Source of the DNA: Planctomycetota bacterium | GTDB lineage: Bacteria; Planctomycetota; JAJSAM01; JAJVHW01 | NCBI GenBank assembly: GCA_965248445.1 | Contig: CBDFJG010000004.1 | Coordinates: 1 to 64,000 of the forward strand | Length of the DNA: 64,000 nucleotides | Direction: 5' to 3' | In this document: positions 50,306 through 60,148 of the stretch, piece by piece | Numbering within the stretch: position 1 is the stretch's first letter | Layout of the letters: each line of letters starts with the position of its first letter | Notes under the pieces: generated by a model | The model's database searches: none | What the model saw: only the letters and a program-made list of their open reading frames with translations | What the model was told of the DNA's origin: nothing | Made by a program: the position numbers and the translations under genes

Positions 50306-51177
50306 CTCCGCCAGTCGGCGAATGCGATGTCGTGGATCAGTTCGCCCCGCGCGACGTGTCCGTCGAGAGCGTCCGCTTGGATGCAGTACGTGTCGCGGTA
50401 GTAGCGGCGCAGTCCGTCCTCGCCACCGTCGCGGTAGACGGTCCACCATTCGGACTTGAAGCCCGCCACGAACGGCGGGAGGGGCGCGCCGAACAGCCGG
50501 CGCAGCTTGTGGTACCAGAGCTTGCTCTTCAGGCCCTTCCGCTCGCGCCACGACGTCAAGCGCCGGACCTTCATCACGAACTGGTCCTCGTCGCGAATCA
50601 TGTAGTGGTGCACCGTCGGAACCGCAGGCGACCAGTGCGGCAGCGGGGCCTCGCGGCAGAGATGCTCGCTCGAGATCACCTTGAGCCACGGCTCGCGATA
50701 GAAGCTCTTTCCCTCGCGGTAGCTCGTGTGGAGCGGACTGTCGGGTCCCGTCGTGCGGTAGTGCTGCCGCGTATAGACCGCGCCGTGATCGGAATCCACC
50801 GCCGTCGGCAGGAACAGCTTCTGGCGGCAGTTCACCGCGACGACGTCCTGCGGCGCCTCCGCCAGCAGATCGGGAAGCGTGGTGCCCGGTGCCCAGTGAA
50901 ACTCGTCGGTGTCGGAGACGCCGATCCACGTCAGGGACCGTCCGTGGCGGGAGCGCAGACCGTCGAGGAGCCGCGTGCGGACGCCCTGCCGCAGCGCGAA
51001 GTCGTGGAACACCGCCGTGCTGACAGCCTCGCCGAACTCCCGCAGGACGTCCTGCGTGCCGTCGGAGCTCTCGTTGTCGGCCACGGCGACGTGATCCACG
51101 CCCCACGACAGGTGGTGCGCGATGTTGAGGCGCAGGACTTCGGCCTCGTCCTTGGTGGCGAGGAGCAGAGCGATCAT
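50302..51177 (-). CDS. Glycosyltransferase family 2
   Basis: KDEA..L...HH, ADNESSDGT, DTDEF. Confidence 0.88.
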   Translation of the reverse strand: MIALLLATKDEAEVLRLNIAHHLSWGVDHVAVADNESSDGTQDVLREFGEAVSTAVFHDFALRQGVRTRLLDGLRSRHGRSLTWIGVSDTDEFHWAPGTTLPDLLAEAPQDVVAVNCRQKLFLPTAVDSDHGAVYTRQHYRTTGPDSPLHTSYREGKSFYREPWLKVISSEHLCREAPLPHWSPAVPTVHHYMIRDEDQFVMKVRRLTSWRERKGLKSKLWYHKLRRLFGAPLPPFVAGFKSEWWTVYRDGGEDGLRRYYRDTYCIQADALDGHVARGELIHDIAFADWRS

Positions 51178-51252
51178 GGCGGGGTGCCGTCCGGTCGCGT
51201 CTTTGCCGCCCGGGGGCTGCGGGCGAGGATACGGCTGATGCTTCTCTCACCG

Positions 51253-52014
51253 ATGGAGTTCGACCCCCTGTTCCTGGGCGGAGAGGGACGCAGCGGCACC
51301 ACGCTGCTGCGGGTGATGATCGACGCCCATCCCGCGATCTCCTGCGGCCCCGAGACGCACTTCCTCGTGGACGAGCGCCTCCGCAAGTACCACGACCACT
51401 TCCGTGGCACGTGGTGGCGGCGAGGGGAGGGCTACGGGTACACGCTCGACGACATGGACGATCTCGTCCGCGACTTCGCCCGCGGCTGGTTCGAGACCTA
51501 CATGCAGCGGCGGGGCAAGCGGCGGTGGGCGGACAAGACGCCGCAGACGATCCATGCGCTCGAGTACATGTGGCGGCTCTTCCCGACGGCGAAGTTCGTG
51601 CACGTCATCCGCGACGGTCGCGACGTCGCCTGTTCGATCATCCCGCAGAAGTGGGGTCCGAACGACGTGAAGTCCGCAGCCCGGCGCTGGGTGGACTGCA
51701 TCTGGAAGGGCGTCGCGCACCGCGCGAACACGGAGCGCTACCACGAAGTGCGCTACGAAGAGCTGGCGCCCGAGCCGGAGCCCGTCTTGCGCGAACTGAT
51801 GACGTGGATCGGTGAGGACTTCGACCCGGCGATGCTCGACTACCACCGCGCCGACGCAGACAACCCGACGAAGACCGAGTCGAGCGCCGAGCAGGTCGCG
51901 CAGCCGCTCTACACATCGTCGATCGGCCGCTGGCGCCGGGACCTCTCCGCCCGCGAGGTGAAGCAGTTCACGAAGATCGCGGGCGAGACGCTGGAGTTCC
52001 TCGGGTACGAGTGA
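51253..52014 (+). CDS. Sulfotransferase
   Basis: GRSGTTLL, DKTP, IRDGRDVACS, RYEEL, SIGRW. Confidence 0.92.
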   Translation: MEFDPLFLGGEGRSGTTLLRVMIDAHPAISCGPETHFLVDERLRKYHDHFRGTWWRRGEGYGYTLDDMDDLVRDFARGWFETYMQRRGKRRWADKTPQTIHALEYMWRLFPTAKFVHVIRDGRDVACSIIPQKWGPNDVKSAARRWVDCIWKGVAHRANTERYHEVRYEELAPEPEPVLRELMTWIGEDFDPAMLDYHRADADNPTKTESSAEQVAQPLYTSSIGRWRRDLSAREVKQFTKIAGETLEFLGYE

Positions 52015-52045
52015 GCTGCATCCGGCGGTCGATGAGGGCCGGCGG

Positions 52046-52768
52046 TCACTTGCTGCGGAGCAGTTCCCGTTCGCCGCGCGGCTGGAGGGCGCGGGCGTTG
52101 TCGCCCTGCTGTCCGCGTAGCGCATCGAGGTCCGACGGATTGACCTTCAGCGGACTCTGCATCACGTACCAGATCACGTTCTCCGTGCACGGCGGCGTCG
52201 TGAGCGAGCCGTGGTAGTGGAAGAACTGCTGGTGCGCCGGAACCAATCCACCGGGGTGGAACGTGAGTTCGCGCGTCTCCCCGTCTTGCAGTGGCAACAG
52301 GTCGCTGATCTCGCGAACGCGGCCGAGCTCACTCCCCGCCGATGCGTCGAGCATCACGCCGACCACGACCAGCCGCCCGTCGCCGCTGTCGTGGACGAGG
52401 TGCAGCTCGCCCGGGTACTTCTGGCCCGCGATCGCATGTTCGCCAGGTGTGTGGAAGTGGAACTGCAGCAGCGGGAAGAGCGCGTCGCCCACGCGGAGAC
52501 TCGAGCCGGAGCCGCAGTCCACATGCACGGCGGTGCCGCTGTCGCGCACGGTCACTTCGACGGGGTAGTACTCGAAGTGGACCGTAGAGAGGGCCACCGG
52601 CGTGGCATCCCGCAGATCGATGGGTGACTGCTTCACGCCGGTCGAGCATGCCACACCGGAGGAGTCGTACGGCCCGGAAGTCGAGGGTCCGCCGGCGCAC
52701 CCGGCCAGGAGACCGACGACTGCCGTCATCAGGATCGCCGGGGCGATCGCCTGGTGTCGCATGCGCAT
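52046..52768 (-). CDS. Alpha-carbonic anhydrase lipoprotein
   Basis: LAGC lipobox; QSPID, QFHFH, EH, ELHLVH, GSLTTPPC. Confidence 0.93.
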   Translation of the reverse strand: MRMRHQAIAPAILMTAVVGLLAGCAGGPSTSGPYDSSGVACSTGVKQSPIDLRDATPVALSTVHFEYYPVEVTVRDSGTAVHVDCGSGSSLRVGDALFPLLQFHFHTPGEHAIAGQKYPGELHLVHDSGDGRLVVVGVMLDASAGSELGRVREISDLLPLQDGETRELTFHPGGLVPAHQQFFHYHGSLTTPPCTENVIWYVMQSPLKVNPSDLDALRGQQGDNARALQPRGERELLRSK

Positions 52769-52840
52769 GCCTTCCTCCCAGACGCCGGGACGGGGCGCGC
52801 AATGATCTGAATGGCGGACCCGGAAGACCCGGTTCCCGCC

Positions 52841-53041
52841 TCAGAAGTTGATGTCGTGAGTCGCCTCTCGCTTCACGAAGAACGACAGCTTGGGCGCATC
52901 GGGCTCGCCGCTCTTGTAGTCGCCGCGCATCACCGAATAGACCTCCCAGCCCGACCGGCCGAGGTCCCACAGGGCGTCCTCGCGCTCCTTCGTCGCCTTC
53001 ATGTCGACGACGATGATCTCGTACTTGTAGAGCGCGGCCAC
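52841..53041 (-). CDS. Small DUF4177-like protein
   Basis: YKYEII...LWDLGRSGWEVYSV...FFVKRE. Confidence 0.65.
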   Translation of the reverse strand: MAALYKYEIIVVDMKATKEREDALWDLGRSGWEVYSVMRGDYKSGEPDAPKLSFFVKREATHDINF

Positions 53042-53163
53042 ATGGCCCTCCCGATCGCGCAGAAGCTGACTCTTTCGCCCGGCGGGACGGCGACTGCCTG
53101 CCCTCCGAGCGACGCGGAAGTCTACTGTCCCCTCAGGGGCGCCTCCCGTGCTATGTTCCCGCC

Positions 53164-53847
53164 ATGCTGAGGAGGAAGCCCGTGGCACACCTTGGGGCGG
53201 TCGTCCCGACTCTCGCCATGCTCCTCGCCGGTGCCACTGTGACCGGCTGTGTCGAGCGGAAGATGGTGATCCGGTCCACACCCGCGGCATCGCGCGTCTT
53301 CGTCGACGGCCAAGAGGTCGAGGGCGCCCCGACAGCCGGAGGCGTCGAGGTCCCGTTCGACTGGGGCGGCACGCGCCAGGTCACGGTCATGGCGCCGGGC
53401 TACAAGGTTCTCGACCAGAACGTCGAAGTCGAGGACCCCTGGTACACGCGCTTCCCGTTCGACCTGGTCACCGACTTCGCGAACCCGTTCACGATCGAGG
53501 ACCGTCAGGAATTCGACCTGGCGCTCGAGCCGTATCACCCGATGAACCAGTCGTTCTCCGCCGCCCAGGAAGCGGAGATCGAGGAGCGGTTGCTCGGTCT
53601 GATGGCGCGCGCCGAGGCGCATCGCAAGGGCGGACTCGCCGGCCCCGATCAAGACGTGCTGCGGCGCGCTCGCGAGCGCGCGGTGCGTCCTGCGCCGGGC
53701 GCCCAGGCGGGCGTTCCGCCGCGCATGGACGGCAGTTCTGCGCCGCCGGTGCGAATGGAGGGCGACATCCCGCCTCCTGTTCGCTTCGGTACCGACGTCG
53801 AGGAGCCGCCGCCGCCGCCGCCCGCCCCGATTCGGGACAAGCGCTGA
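53164..53847 (+). CDS. PEGA-domain lipoprotein
   Basis: VTGCVERKMVIRSTP..RVFVDG...PGY...PWY..FPFD. Confidence 0.85.
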   Translation: MLRRKPVAHLGAVVPTLAMLLAGATVTGCVERKMVIRSTPAASRVFVDGQEVEGAPTAGGVEVPFDWGGTRQVTVMAPGYKVLDQNVEVEDPWYTRFPFDLVTDFANPFTIEDRQEFDLALEPYHPMNQSFSAAQEAEIEERLLGLMARAEAHRKGGLAGPDQDVLRRARERAVRPAPGAQAGVPPRMDGSSAPPVRMEGDIPPPVRFGTDVEEPPPPPPAPIRDKR

Positions 53848-53854
53848 CGTTGCC

Positions 53855-55252
53855 GTGGTGAGACGAGTGGGCGCCGCTCGCCCGCGCGCAACTGTCATGG
53901 GCCTCGGTCTGTTCGGCGGCGGGGTCGCCGCCGCGCGTCATCTCGTCGCCGAGGGGTATGAGGTCACGGTGACCGACCTGCGCGGCGCTGATGTGCTCGC
54001 TCCGTCTGTCGCGGCGCTCGAGGGAATTGCCGTACGCTTCGTCCTGGGCCGTCACGAGATGCCGGACTTCAAAGAAGTCGGCCTCGTCGTCGTCAATCCG
54101 GCGGTTCCTCCGGGCAACGCGTTCGTCGAGGAGGCGCGGGCCGCGGGCGCGCGCCTCGACACCGAGATCGGGATGTTCGCGCGCTCCTGCCGCGGACGCG
54201 TCCTCGGCATCACGGGCACCGCAGGCAAGAGCACGACCGCCGCGTTGCTGCACTCCTGCCTCGTGGCCGCCCACGAGCGCGGGGGGCCGCGCCCGCACCT
54301 CGGCGGGAACATCGGACGGTCGCTTCTCGCGGACGTGTCGTCGATCGGCCCGGATGACCTGGTCGTGCTCGAGCTCTCGTCGTTCCAGTTGCACTGGCTG
54401 CGGCGGGATGGCTGGGCACCGGAGCTGGCCGTGGTCACCAACGTGAGCCCGAACCACCTGGATTGGCATGGCACGTTCGAGGCGTACCTCGACGACAAGG
54501 CGAGCATCCTCCCCGGCCCCGAGGGGCGCCTCGTCGCTTGCGCGGACGATGAAGGGGCACGCGAGCTGGCCTCTCGCGCCGGCTGCCCGGTCACCTGGAC
54601 GTCGCGCCACGAAGTGCCGGCAGACGGCGTCAGTGGCGTCGGCTTCCGCGGCGATCTCCTGGTCGCGCGCAGCGGAGGCGACGAGGAGATCTTGCTGACT
54701 CGCGGCGACGTGCGACTGCTCGGCGAGCACGCGCTGTGGAACGTCGCGGCGGCGGCGGCGGCGGCGCGACTCATCGGCACCCCGGCCCGCGCAATCCGCG
54801 ACGGCGTCCTCCAGTTCGACGGGCTGCCGCACCGGTTGCGTCCGATCGGGACGTACGCCGGAGCCCTCTGCGTGGACGACTCCAAGTCGACGACACCGAC
54901 CGCCACGGCCATGGCCCTCGGCGCATTCGACCGTCCCGTCTGGCTGCTCGCCGGCGGGTACGACAAGGGACTGGACCCGGCGCCCCTCGTGTCGGCCGCC
55001 GCTGCGGCGCGCGGCGTCGCCTGCTTCGGTGCGACGCGCGAGGCACTGGCCGAGGCACTCCGCGCGGCCGGCGTGAACACGATCGTCCACGAGACGCTCG
55101 ACGAGTGCATCGCGTCACTGGCGCGCGACGTCGACCCGGAGGACGTGGTGCTGCTCTCTCCCGGCCACGCTTCGTGGGACCAATTCCGGAACTACGAGGC
55201 CCGTGGTGTCGCGTTCGAACAGTCGGTGCGGCGTCATCTCGGCCGCGCCTGA
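53855..55252 (+). CDS. murD: UDP-MurNAc-L-Ala-D-glutamate ligase
   Basis: GLGLFGG, ITGTAGKSTT, ELSSFQL, NHLDWH, LPHRL, DDSKST, GGYDKG, SPGHASWDQF. Confidence 0.95.
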   Translation: MVRRVGAARPRATVMGLGLFGGGVAAARHLVAEGYEVTVTDLRGADVLAPSVAALEGIAVRFVLGRHEMPDFKEVGLVVVNPAVPPGNAFVEEARAAGARLDTEIGMFARSCRGRVLGITGTAGKSTTAALLHSCLVAAHERGGPRPHLGGNIGRSLLADVSSIGPDDLVVLELSSFQLHWLRRDGWAPELAVVTNVSPNHLDWHGTFEAYLDDKASILPGPEGRLVACADDEGARELASRAGCPVTWTSRHEVPADGVSGVGFRGDLLVARSGGDEEILLTRGDVRLLGEHALWNVAAAAAAARLIGTPARAIRDGVLQFDGLPHRLRPIGTYAGALCVDDSKSTTPTATAMALGAFDRPVWLLAGGYDKGLDPAPLVSAAAAARGVACFGATREALAEALRAAGVNTIVHETLDECIASLARDVDPEDVVLLSPGHASWDQFRNYEARGVAFEQSVRRHLGRA

Positions 55253-55261
55253 GGAGGCGCC

Positions 55262-55708
55262 CTGACGTTCGACGAGCTGGACCGCTCGATTGCAGCGTGG
55301 ATGCGGCGACACGGCGTGTTGCTCGTCCGCGTGGCACTCGCCGTGATCTTCATCTGGTTTGGGCTCCTGAAGCCGCTGGGGATCAGCCCGGCCGAGGACC
55401 TGATCCGGAACACCGTGTATTGGATCGATCCGGAGGTCTTCCTTCCCGTCCTCGGATGGTGGGAGGTGCTCATCGGTGTGTGCCTGCTCTACCGGCCGTG
55501 CATCCGTGTGGCGCTCTTCCTGCTCGCGCTCCAGATCCCGGGGACGTTCCTGCCGCTGGTCCTGCTGCCCGACGTGTGCTTCACCGAGTTCCCGCTGGGG
55601 CTGACGATGGAGGGTCAGTACATCGTCAAGAACCTGGTTTTGATCGGCGCGGCCATCGTGGTCGGCGGCACCGTGCGCGCCCGCCCGGCTGCCGACCGTC
55701 TCCTCTGA
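55262..55708 (+). CDS. DoxX-family membrane protein (possible CTG start; first ATG at 55301)
   Basis: FIWFGLLK...SPA, EGQYIVKN; GAGGAGG just upstream of CTG 55262. Confidence 0.8.
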   Translation: MTFDELDRSIAAWMRRHGVLLVRVALAVIFIWFGLLKPLGISPAEDLIRNTVYWIDPEVFLPVLGWWEVLIGVCLLYRPCIRVALFLLALQIPGTFLPLVLLPDVCFTEFPLGLTMEGQYIVKNLVLIGAAIVVGGTVRARPAADRLL

Positions 55709-55787
55709 GTCTCTGTGTCGTCTCTGGGGGGGCCGACGCCCTCCCCAGTTTCCGGACGCCTGTCGGGTCAAGCGGTAGACTCCTCGC

Positions 55788-56381
55788 GTGAAGTGTCAGC
55801 GGTGCAACGAACGCGAAGCAGAGGTGCACTTCACTGAGATTCTCGACGAGCAGGAGATGCGCGAACTGCACCTCTGCGAGGGGTGCGCGCAGGACGAGGA
55901 CGTGCCCTCGACCGGCAGCGTCCTGGGCATGCTATCGAGCGCGGTGTTGCCGGCGGGCGCCGGCGGAACCGCCGACGAGCCGGCCGGCCTGCGCTGCGAG
56001 GGCTGCGGCCTGGGCTATCGCGAGTTCCGCGCCCGCGGCCGCCTGGGATGTCCCGATTGCTACGAGACGTTCGGCGTCCCGCTCGAGCCGCTCCTCGAGA
56101 AGATCCACGGCGGCACCCGGCACGTCGGCAAGGCGCCGGATGCCTCGTCGGCGGGTGACCGGACTCGCGAGCGCCGGCTGGTCGCGCTGCGGCGCGAGTT
56201 GCAGACGGCGGTGCGCGACGAGCGGTACGAGAAGGCCGCCGAACTGCGCGATCACCTGGCGCACTTCGACGACGAGGCCCCTGCCACCTCTGCGGCGCCC
56301 GTTGCCGCATCGGACGACGCTGCGGAGGGCGCCGACGCCGCCGACGCCGCCGACGCTGGGGACTCCGATGCGGGTAGTTGA
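55788..56381 (+). CDS. mcsA: McsA arginine kinase activator
   Basis: Four CxxC motifs, GRLGCPDCY, IHG...HVGK.P, UVR motif ERYEKAAELRD. Confidence 0.92.
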   Translation: MKCQRCNEREAEVHFTEILDEQEMRELHLCEGCAQDEDVPSTGSVLGMLSSAVLPAGAGGTADEPAGLRCEGCGLGYREFRARGRLGCPDCYETFGVPLEPLLEKIHGGTRHVGKAPDASSAGDRTRERRLVALRRELQTAVRDERYEKAAELRDHLAHFDDEAPATSAAPVAASDDAAEGADAADAADAGDSDAGS

Positions 56382-57438
56382 GTCCTTCGAAGGCGACGGC
56401 GTCAGCGGTGGCGAGTGGCTCTCGACGCGGGGAGCCGATGCCGACATCGTGATCTCATCGCGTGTACGCCTCGCTCGGAACCTCGGCGAGAACCGCTTCA
56501 TCGTGAAGGCCACCCCCGAGGAGCGGGTCGCAGTCGAGGATGAGATTCGCGCCGCGCTGGGCGGCGTCGACTTCGGTGCGGAGATGATCTACGTGGACCT
56601 CACGAAGGCCACACGGCTGGATGCCGAAGTGCTCGTCGAGCGCCATCTCGTCTCGCGTGAGCTCGCCCGAGGCGAGGGTCCGCGCGCGGCGTGCTTCTCG
56701 CCCGATGAGCGCACGTCGATCATGGTCTGCGAGGAGGATCACCTGCGCCTGCAGGTGTTGCGCAGCGGGCTGGAACTCGATGATGCGTGGACGGCGGCCG
56801 ACGAACTCGACGACCGCATCTCGCGCAAGGTCGACTACGCGTACTCGAGCAAGTACGGGTACCTCACCTGCTGTCCGACGAACGTCGGCACGGGGCTGCG
56901 CGCGAGCGTGATGCTGCACCTGCCGGCGCTCGTCTACACCAAGCACATCGAGAAGGTGTTCCAGGCCGGCGCGAAGATGAACCTCGCGGTGCGCGGGCTC
57001 TACGGCGAGGGCACTCAGGCGCTCGGCGACTTCTACCAGATCAGCAATCAGGTGGCGCTCGGCAAGAGCGAACCCGACCTGCTGGACCACCTGAACCGCG
57101 TGGTGCCGCAGTTCATCGAGTATGAGCGTTCGATTCGCAAGGAGTTGCTCAAGTCTGACCGCGAGCGGCTCGAGGACCGCGTGTGGCGCGCCTACTCGAC
57201 GCTGCGCGCCGCCCGCGCGATCTCGAGCGAGGAGGCACTCGAGATGCTCTCCGCTGTCCGGCTGGGCGTGAATCTCGGACTGCTCCCCGCCGAGTTGACG
57301 ATCCGCCAGGTCAACGAGTTGTTCATCCTCTCCCAGCCCGCGCATCTGCAGCGCTGGTCCACCGGCCCGCTCGAGCCCCGCGAACGCGACGTGGCCCGAG
57401 CCACCCTGATCCGCAAGCAGCTCGGCGAGGTCGCGTAG
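56368..57438 (+). CDS. mcsB: Protein arginine kinase
   Basis: SSRVRLARN, EEDHLR, GYLTCCPTNVGTGLRASVMLHLP, RGLYGEG, QISNQ. Confidence 0.95.
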   Translation: MRVVESFEGDGVSGGEWLSTRGADADIVISSRVRLARNLGENRFIVKATPEERVAVEDEIRAALGGVDFGAEMIYVDLTKATRLDAEVLVERHLVSRELARGEGPRAACFSPDERTSIMVCEEDHLRLQVLRSGLELDDAWTAADELDDRISRKVDYAYSSKYGYLTCCPTNVGTGLRASVMLHLPALVYTKHIEKVFQAGAKMNLAVRGLYGEGTQALGDFYQISNQVALGKSEPDLLDHLNRVVPQFIEYERSIRKELLKSDRERLEDRVWRAYSTLRAARAISSEEALEMLSAVRLGVNLGLLPAELTIRQVNELFILSQPAHLQRWSTGPLEPRERDVARATLIRKQLGEVA

Positions 57439-57442
57439 CGCC

Positions 57443-57466
57443 CGCCCGCGCCGAACGGCGCGGGCG
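57443..57466 (+). terminator. GC-rich hairpin after mcsB
   Basis: GCCCGCGCCG-AA-CGGCGCGGGC; no U-tract. Confidence 0.4.
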
Positions 57467-57521
57467 CGTAGAGTGGGGGGCAGGCGGCGCTGCCGCGCTC
57501 GGCGGCTCCGGGGAGGATGCA

Positions 57522-59234
57522 ATGGTCGCTTCGCGCCGCGCGATCTTCGGATTGGTGATCGCGTTCGCGGCCGGAGTGCTGGTTGGTCTCTCGATGCGCG
57601 GCGACGGGTCCGCCGATCGGCACGACACTGCCAAACGGCGCGGGCCTGCGGAGCGGGAGGGGACGGCGCAGGCGGTCGCGCCGGATTCTCAACCGGACCG
57701 CAAGCGCGACCGCATCGACGTGACGGCCGCCCGAAACAGTGTGCAAGATGATGCGCCGACACCGGGAGACACGTCGGCCGGTGCCCCAGATGCTGGCGCG
57801 GCCACCGCGCCGACCGTATCGGATGCGCCGGCGGCGGCCTCCGCCGCGCCCACCGGTGCGTGGACGGACGCGCGCGCAGGACAAGTGAAGTTCCACTTCG
57901 AGCAGGCCGTCTCGCTCGAGACGGGGAAGGTCGTGGACGCGGACGCTGCCGATCTCATTCTCACGGGTACTGCCGGAGGTCTGTCCTCACTGACGTTCCG
58001 CGCGCCGCATGGAGCGATCACGCTGCATGATCTGCTCGGGCGCATCGACCGGCGGGAGCAGAGCGACGAAGACCCTCGACTGCTGTTTCACGCGCTCGGC
58101 GGCATCGATCCGAACCGGATCGGGATGCCGGAGGTGGCCGAGGTGGACTCCCGCAGCCCGCGCTCCGAGGTGCTGCTCGTCCGGACGCGCAACGGGGGCT
58201 TCGCCAAGGTTCTCGTGGCGGCGCGCGCCGAGGGACGAGATTGGCAGAAGCGCGAGGTGACACTCCAGTACGTGCACAACCCGAGTGCTCCCGCGTTCAA
58301 GGACCTCGGGGACGGTCACGACGAGCGTGTCGGCCTGCTCTTCCCCTCGTCGACCACTCTGCGCAACTTCGCCATCGCGGTGACCGCGCCGGCCCCGGGG
58401 CACCGTGCGGGCGAGGCCGTGGCGGAGGGCTGCATGCCCGATCCCCAGCGCGTGCAGGAGGTCCTGCACGCGCGTTCCGCTTTCAAGGACTACGAGAAGG
58501 CCACGTACAGCTTCGAGAAGCGTCTGCGGGACGATCCCGAGAAGATCACGCGCAACGACTGGGACCTGCAGTTCTCGGGCGATCTCTTCCGAGTCCGGAT
58601 GGTCACGGACGACACGTCGACCATCTCCGACCTCGGGTTGGCGACGTGGGATGAGATTGCGGCGCGCGCCGTGCTGGCGGAGCGGACTCACTCCGAGGTT
58701 CCTGCGCGTGGCTCGCACGTCTACCTCATCCGCACGCGCGACACAGAATCGGCCCACACGACCCTCATCCGCGTCACGGCGTTCCAACCGGGGCGGTTCG
58801 CGGCCATCGAGTGGCTCACGGCGAGGCGGGGCGAGATCACTGCGTCGCCGGAGTTCTCGGACCCGGGCGGGGTACGCGGCGCGTTGGAACGCATCCTGCT
58901 CGAGACGGACGGGGGCGGGCGCGCACCCCTGGCCGACGATCTGTCGGACAGGGCCGCGGGCGTGTACGTCGCCCTCGCGGCACATCGCGGCGCGTTCTAC
59001 GTGGACTACGACTGGACACTCCAGCGGCTGCTCGACCGGATGTCGGAGAGCGGCATCACAACCTCGATTGCCCCGACGCTCGGTGGCGAGACGTTGACGA
59101 CCACGCTCGATGCCGGGGGCACGGGGATCACACTCTCGGATCTCCTGGACATGGTGACCCGGCAACTGGGAGCAGCGTGGACGGTCGACAGCAACGGCGT
59201 CCTCCGCGTCGAGCCTGTGGCCGTTCGCCGCTGA
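57522..59234 (+). CDS. Membrane-anchored hypothetical protein (two HmuY-like beta domains plus STN-like tail)
   Basis: N-terminal TM; LVRTRNGGFAKV and YLIRTRD...LIRV; TLSDLLDMVTRQLGAAWTVD. Confidence 0.7.
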   Translation: MVASRRAIFGLVIAFAAGVLVGLSMRGDGSADRHDTAKRRGPAEREGTAQAVAPDSQPDRKRDRIDVTAARNSVQDDAPTPGDTSAGAPDAGAATAPTVSDAPAAASAAPTGAWTDARAGQVKFHFEQAVSLETGKVVDADAADLILTGTAGGLSSLTFRAPHGAITLHDLLGRIDRREQSDEDPRLLFHALGGIDPNRIGMPEVAEVDSRSPRSEVLLVRTRNGGFAKVLVAARAEGRDWQKREVTLQYVHNPSAPAFKDLGDGHDERVGLLFPSSTTLRNFAIAVTAPAPGHRAGEAVAEGCMPDPQRVQEVLHARSAFKDYEKATYSFEKRLRDDPEKITRNDWDLQFSGDLFRVRMVTDDTSTISDLGLATWDEIAARAVLAERTHSEVPARGSHVYLIRTRDTESAHTTLIRVTAFQPGRFAAIEWLTARRGEITASPEFSDPGGVRGALERILLETDGGGRAPLADDLSDRAAGVYVALAAHRGAFYVDYDWTLQRLLDRMSESGITTSIAPTLGGETLTTTLDAGGTGITLSDLLDMVTRQLGAAWTVDSNGVLRVEPVAVRR

Positions 59235-59353
59235 GCCTCGGAGGACGCCTCGCGGCGGCTTCCATTGACCGGAGATGAAGCGGTGACCAGGGGGCGGCAG
59301 TCTGCGACGATCCCCGCTCACTGAGATCCGCACCCCTTCGGAGGACCGACTCG

Positions 59354-59863
59354 ATGAGGCACCCGTTCCTGCCCCGTCTGCGCCAGCTGGCGCTCCTGGC
59401 ACTCTGTCTGCTCGTGGTGACCGCCTGCGGCGTCACCCGGAGCGCCCGATCTGACGCGCCGCTGCCCGCGGCGGTGTACGACCTACTCCCGGCCGCCGAG
59501 GCGGGTACGGTCGGCGTCGGGTCGCTCGCGACGGTCGCCAACGCGGAGGACGTCGACCCCCACGCGCCGGGCGTCCTCGACTACCTCTCGACGGTGCCGG
59601 AGAACGCCATCTGGTGGCCGTGGAAGATCGTGGGCGGAACGGTGAAGGGCTTCGTGGACGGGATCGCCGGCGGCTTCACACCCGACCGATTGCCCATCCT
59701 CGGATTGCTGTTCTCACCGGTGAACGCGGCCGTGGGCACGCTGACGGGGTTCACAATCGGGACGCTGTCAGCGCCCGGCTTGATCGGGCCCCGCGACAAC
59801 TTCAGCAAGACGATGAGCGTCCCGATGGCTCGACCGACCCCGATCTGGTGGCTCCCGAACTGA
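59354..59863 (+). CDS. Lipoprotein of unknown function
   Basis: Lipobox VTAC; GGAGG RBS; Gly-rich hydrophobic hairpin. Confidence 0.75.
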   Translation: MRHPFLPRLRQLALLALCLLVVTACGVTRSARSDAPLPAAVYDLLPAAEAGTVGVGSLATVANAEDVDPHAPGVLDYLSTVPENAIWWPWKIVGGTVKGFVDGIAGGFTPDRLPILGLLFSPVNAAVGTLTGFTIGTLSAPGLIGPRDNFSKTMSVPMARPTPIWWLPN

Positions 59864-59888
59864 TACGGGTGCGCACGACGATGGTCGC

Positions 59889-59981
59889 GGGCGGGGGTGG
59901 AACCCCGCACCTACAGCAGCGGGAGCAGCCATGTCGTTCGAACAGGCGAGCCAGACGTAGGGGCGGGGTTCCATCCCCGCC
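59889..59981. repeat. Inverted pair of GTAG-type REP sequences
   Basis: GTAGG(G/T)GCGGGGTTCCA(T/C)CCCCGCC at 59957-59981 (+) and 59890-59914 (-). Confidence 0.7.
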
Positions 59982-60055
59982 GCGTGGAGGGGGCTCGCGC
60001 TCGTTGCGTGAATAGCGAGGGCGCGCGGGTTGCGGAGCAAGCCGCGTGACCGAAG

Positions 60056-60090
60056 CCCTTCCGCAGCGTCCGGAGGACGATGCGGAAGGG
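60056..60090. terminator. Hairpin between convergent genes
   Basis: CCCTTCCGCA.CGTCC-GGA-GGACG.TGCGGAAGGG. Confidence 0.5.
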
Positions 60091-60148
60091 AAACGCATCT
60101 GACGCGAACGGCACCCGGATCGCCTCGCGAGCCGGATGCCGTTCGCAG

